Positions 35,622 through 37,923 of a stretch of 37,923 nt of DNA are shown here, piece after piece. Origin of the DNA: a virus (Duplodnaviria > Caudoviricetes); the IMG/VR virus record IMGVR_UViG_3300048851_000066, positions 1-37,923 of that record; one strand, given 5' to 3'. How positions within the stretch are numbered: the stretch's first letter is position 1; every line of letters starts with the position of its first letter. A program made the position numbers and the translations under genes. The notes below the pieces were generated by a model. It had not been told where the DNA came from and made no database searches. It saw only the letters and a program-made list of their open reading frames with translations.

Positions 35622-35650
35622 TGGCTAGCAGTTCTCTTAAAGGGCGTCAA
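35622..35650 (-). promoter_or_regulatory. Candidate late promoter (pR'-like)
   Basis: - strand TTGACG-N15-GCTAGCCA, resembling alphaproteobacterial sigma70 promoters; overlaps the end of the regulator gene. Confidence 0.5.
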
Positions 35651-36191
35651 CCATATTCGACGTCATCAACCCCCAATGCTCAGCAAGGCGGGTCAGTGCA
35701 GCCCGGACAGCGCCCTTGGCCTCAGTCGGGTTCATATCCCGGCGCTTGGCAATGGTGGCCATGCTCAGGTTCTCCAGCACCAGCATCTCCACCAGAGCAT
35801 GGGCACTGCACCCCAGTGCGTTGGCTGCGTTGCGGATGGACACCCGGGCGGCGAGCTGCTGGTCAGCCATGTGCCCCTGCTGCCAGAACGGACGACGGCC
35901 CACTGGGCTCGTAGGCCGGTCATGGATGCCCATGGCCGCCGAGGCGGTGACGATGTACCGCTCGCAGGCCAGGAAGTGCTCCAGCATGATCGTGCCGGCC
36001 TGGTGCATGCGGCGGAACTCCTCCACTCGGCGGCAGCCCAGGATCTCCCGGTTCAGGTTGTCCGGGTCGGGCCGGGTGACCTTCTCCACCTCGCCGCGGT
36101 TGAGCCGGATAGAAGGGCCATAGTCGGTCACGGCATCCACCGCCCGACGGGTTCCCTTCCGGAGCGCCTTTTGGACAACGACCTGGCTCAT
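35637..36191 (-). CDS. DUF6456-like putative late transcription regulator/antiterminator (Q position)
   Basis: GTI...FLACERY, C-terminal HTH LVLENLSMATIAKRR...VRAALTRLAEHWG; last gene before the late operon. Confidence 0.65.
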   Translation of the reverse strand: MSQVVVQKALRKGTRRAVDAVTDYGPSIRLNRGEVEKVTRPDPDNLNREILGCRRVEEFRRMHQAGTIMLEHFLACERYIVTASAAMGIHDRPTSPVGRRPFWQQGHMADQQLAARVSIRNAANALGCSAHALVEMLVLENLSMATIAKRRDMNPTEAKGAVRAALTRLAEHWGLMTSNMVDAL

Positions 36192-36514
36192 GCTGCGATC
36201 TCCTGGCGGTTGCAGGACAGTACGCGGTGCGGGATGGCGGGGATGACGAGGGAGGCATCCAGGACGCCCAGAGCGGCCTTCCTGACGGCTTCTGGGCACA
36301 GGTCGCCTAGTTCACACCACAGGGTCCGAGCTTCGGCCCAGGCGCCCACGGTGTCGGTCAGGAAGGAGATGGCTTCCGCGGCATCCGGGCTGGTCGGGAC
36401 CATGGGGGCACCACCGGCAGATTGCCGCCACCGAACCGTGCTGATGTCGCGCATTGCTTGCCCGATCACTGCATAGGCCAGCGTCGAGGCGTCGGCGGGG
36501 ACGACCTGGCTCAC
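36188..36514 (-). CDS. Hypothetical phage protein (108 aa)
   Basis: LAYAVIGQAMRD...EAISFL...WCELGDLCPEAVR; translationally coupled on both sides. Confidence 0.7.
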   Translation of the reverse strand: MSQVVPADASTLAYAVIGQAMRDISTVRWRQSAGGAPMVPTSPDAAEAISFLTDTVGAWAEARTLWCELGDLCPEAVRKAALGVLDASLVIPAIPHRVLSCNRQEIAA

Positions 36515-36894
36515 TTGCTCGGTTCCTTGTTGTCAGAGGGGCGGGCGGCTTCGTCTTGGATGCGGCGCACGGCTTCCACCGCATCCTTGAGGGTGGAGCC
36601 GTAGAGGCGACGGTGTTCTCTTACCGCGTGGACGAAGAAGCCTTCCGTGACGGCGTAGGCGTGCATTCGCTCAACGGAGGCGGGGTCCAGTTCTGGCGGA
36701 CGCGGCACCACCACCCAACCCCCGGCCGCCAGCGCGTCGAGGGCGGCTCTAGCTTCGTCGGTGTAATCCACCCAAATAGGGGAGCCTTCATACATGGCCT
36801 CAGGGTCGTTGCTGGCCCCTTTGCAAATCCCCCGCGCGACAGCCTCAACCTGATCCGCTGGGTGCTTCCCCACCTCGCCCGCACCCTCACTCAT
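36511..36894 (-). CDS. Hypothetical phage protein (127 aa)
   Basis: AGGAGG RBS; VEAVARGIC...EARAALDAL; C-terminal AVREHRRLYGSTLKDAVEAV. Confidence 0.65.
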   Translation of the reverse strand: MSEGAGEVGKHPADQVEAVARGICKGASNDPEAMYEGSPIWVDYTDEARAALDALAAGGWVVVPRPPELDPASVERMHAYAVTEGFFVHAVREHRRLYGSTLKDAVEAVRRIQDEAARPSDNKEPSK

Positions 36895-37198
36895 AGCGCC
36901 CCTCCTGTGCGCGGAGGGCGGCGAGGGCGGTGCGGGGCTCCTGCGTTTCCAGCATCGGCTTCCATTGCGTGTCATAGTAGCTGAAGGCGACGGGGACACA
37001 TGCCCGGTGCCAAGCCTTGCCCCATTCGGCGCTGACGTTCTCCAATTCCCCGCCGATGGCCGTGTAGCCACAGTGGGGACAAGTGTAGCGGGTGACGGTC
37101 TCGGGCGGCGTGGCGTCCACAGGAACCACCTCAAAGCCGGCCAGCTTCAACCGAATGAGGGCAGCCCGGCCAAGCATCTCCTCGGGAGTGATGCTCAC
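36887..37198 (-). CDS. Hypothetical phage protein with CxxC motif
   Basis: YTCPHCG...HRAC; GTGA-coupled to the upstream ORF. Confidence 0.6.
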   Translation of the reverse strand: MSITPEEMLGRAALIRLKLAGFEVVPVDATPPETVTRYTCPHCGYTAIGGELENVSAEWGKAWHRACVPVAFSYYDTQWKPMLETQEPRTALAALRAQEGRYE

Positions 37199-37896
37199 AG
37201 TCCAGCCCCCTTCATGGCAGTGATGGCAGCGCGGAGTTGTTCGGCTTGTTCCCCGTGCTCGTTGCGCCGCCAGCCGATGTCGCCGGTCTGAGGCTGCTTC
37301 GACAGCGCCTTAGCTTGGTCCTCGTGCCAGACGGCCGCCCGCTCCAACGCCTCAACCGCCACCCTCACCGCATCCACCGGCTTGTCCTGGGCAACAGGGA
37401 TTTCCCGCTTTTTGAACGTCACGGAGTACCCGTCTGTAGATGCCACCTCAAAGCGACGCCTTTGAACTTGACGAACGGCTTCCCTGAAGGCCGCGTCATC
37501 TGAGCGGCAGGCATCGTCAAGCGTGTCGATGTCGTCTAACAGACCGAAGAGGTAGTCAGCAGCGGCCAGTCTCGGGTCGGTTTCCTCCACCGGCTGGCTC
37601 TCGGTCAGCAGGCCGGCGCGCGCTTCGGGCGAGAGCGCCTTGATGATGGCGTCCCGTTGAGCCTTGCTCACGCACTGAAGGTAGAGGCCGGGGCTGTCCT
37701 CGTCGGGCTGAAACTGCCAGGGTTCCAGCGCCTCCCTCAGCCCCGCCATCTCCGTCTGTGGCTCCACCCCCGCAGCCTCCAGCAGTTCCGCGATGGCGAT
37801 GGCGCTGTCCCGCAGCAGCACATCGCCCGGCCGGTACGTCGACTTGCGGAGCATCGAAGCCCACGCCCTCGCATCCATGCGCTGGTCCTCGGTCAT
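37195..37896 (-). CDS. Hypothetical phage early/middle-region protein
   Basis: Long acidic ORF coupled to the downstream gene; start uncertain (37896 has GGAG upstream; 37914 possible). Confidence 0.6.
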   Translation of the reverse strand: MTEDQRMDARAWASMLRKSTYRPGDVLLRDSAIAIAELLEAAGVEPQTEMAGLREALEPWQFQPDEDSPGLYLQCVSKAQRDAIIKALSPEARAGLLTESQPVEETDPRLAAADYLFGLLDDIDTLDDACRSDDAAFREAVRQVQRRRFEVASTDGYSVTFKKREIPVAQDKPVDAVRVAVEALERAAVWHEDQAKALSKQPQTGDIGWRRNEHGEQAEQLRAAITAMKGAGL

Positions 37897-37923
37897 CGCG
37901 TTACGCTCCAGCATGGAGGTCGA

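Larger units (their letters stand above)
6330..37923 (-). mobile_element. Lambda-like (cos, long non-contractile tail) prophage, probably integrated at the tRNA-Thr 3' end; continues beyond the right edge
   Basis: Uninterrupted packaging-head-tail-lysis gene run on the - strand, with phage accessory genes starting directly after the tRNA. Integrase and second att copy are not in the window. Confidence 0.9.

Overview
GC-rich alphaproteobacterial-type chromosome segment (Acetobacteraceae/Roseomonas-like is my impression from composition and gene content, not verified). Three parts. (1) 1-4626, + strand: the distal end of a phage-derived or GTA-like cluster with host-like codon usage (beta-helix tailspike, spike-fibre protein, small tail protein, holin, T4-type lysozyme). 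(2) An HWE histidine kinase and tRNA-Thr(GGT). (3) From the tRNA 3' end to the window edge, an apparently intact lambda-like siphovirus prophage read mostly on the - strand. Its order is: small early/middle genes, a DUF6456-like late regulator with a pR'/tR'-like promoter and terminator, a gpZ-like gene, a lambda-geometry cos site, TerS/TerL(GpA), gpW, portal, ClpP-capsid fusion, DUF2190, head-tail genes, tail tube, G/GT chaperones with a -1 frameshift, a lipoprotein moron, tape measure, a multi-fibre adsorption module and a lysis cassette ending in a GH26-like glycanase. The least explained region is the att-proximal regulatory island (6.5-9.0 kb). It holds a LexA-box-controlled Zn-finger operon, a candidate ~64-nt sRNA, and a P22 immI-like arrangement (two divergent ribbon-helix-helix genes plus a Bro-N/ANT antirepressor) whose Mnt-position protein ends in the SSB C-terminal motif DDDIPF. 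All family assignments come from motif recognition by eye; no database search was run.
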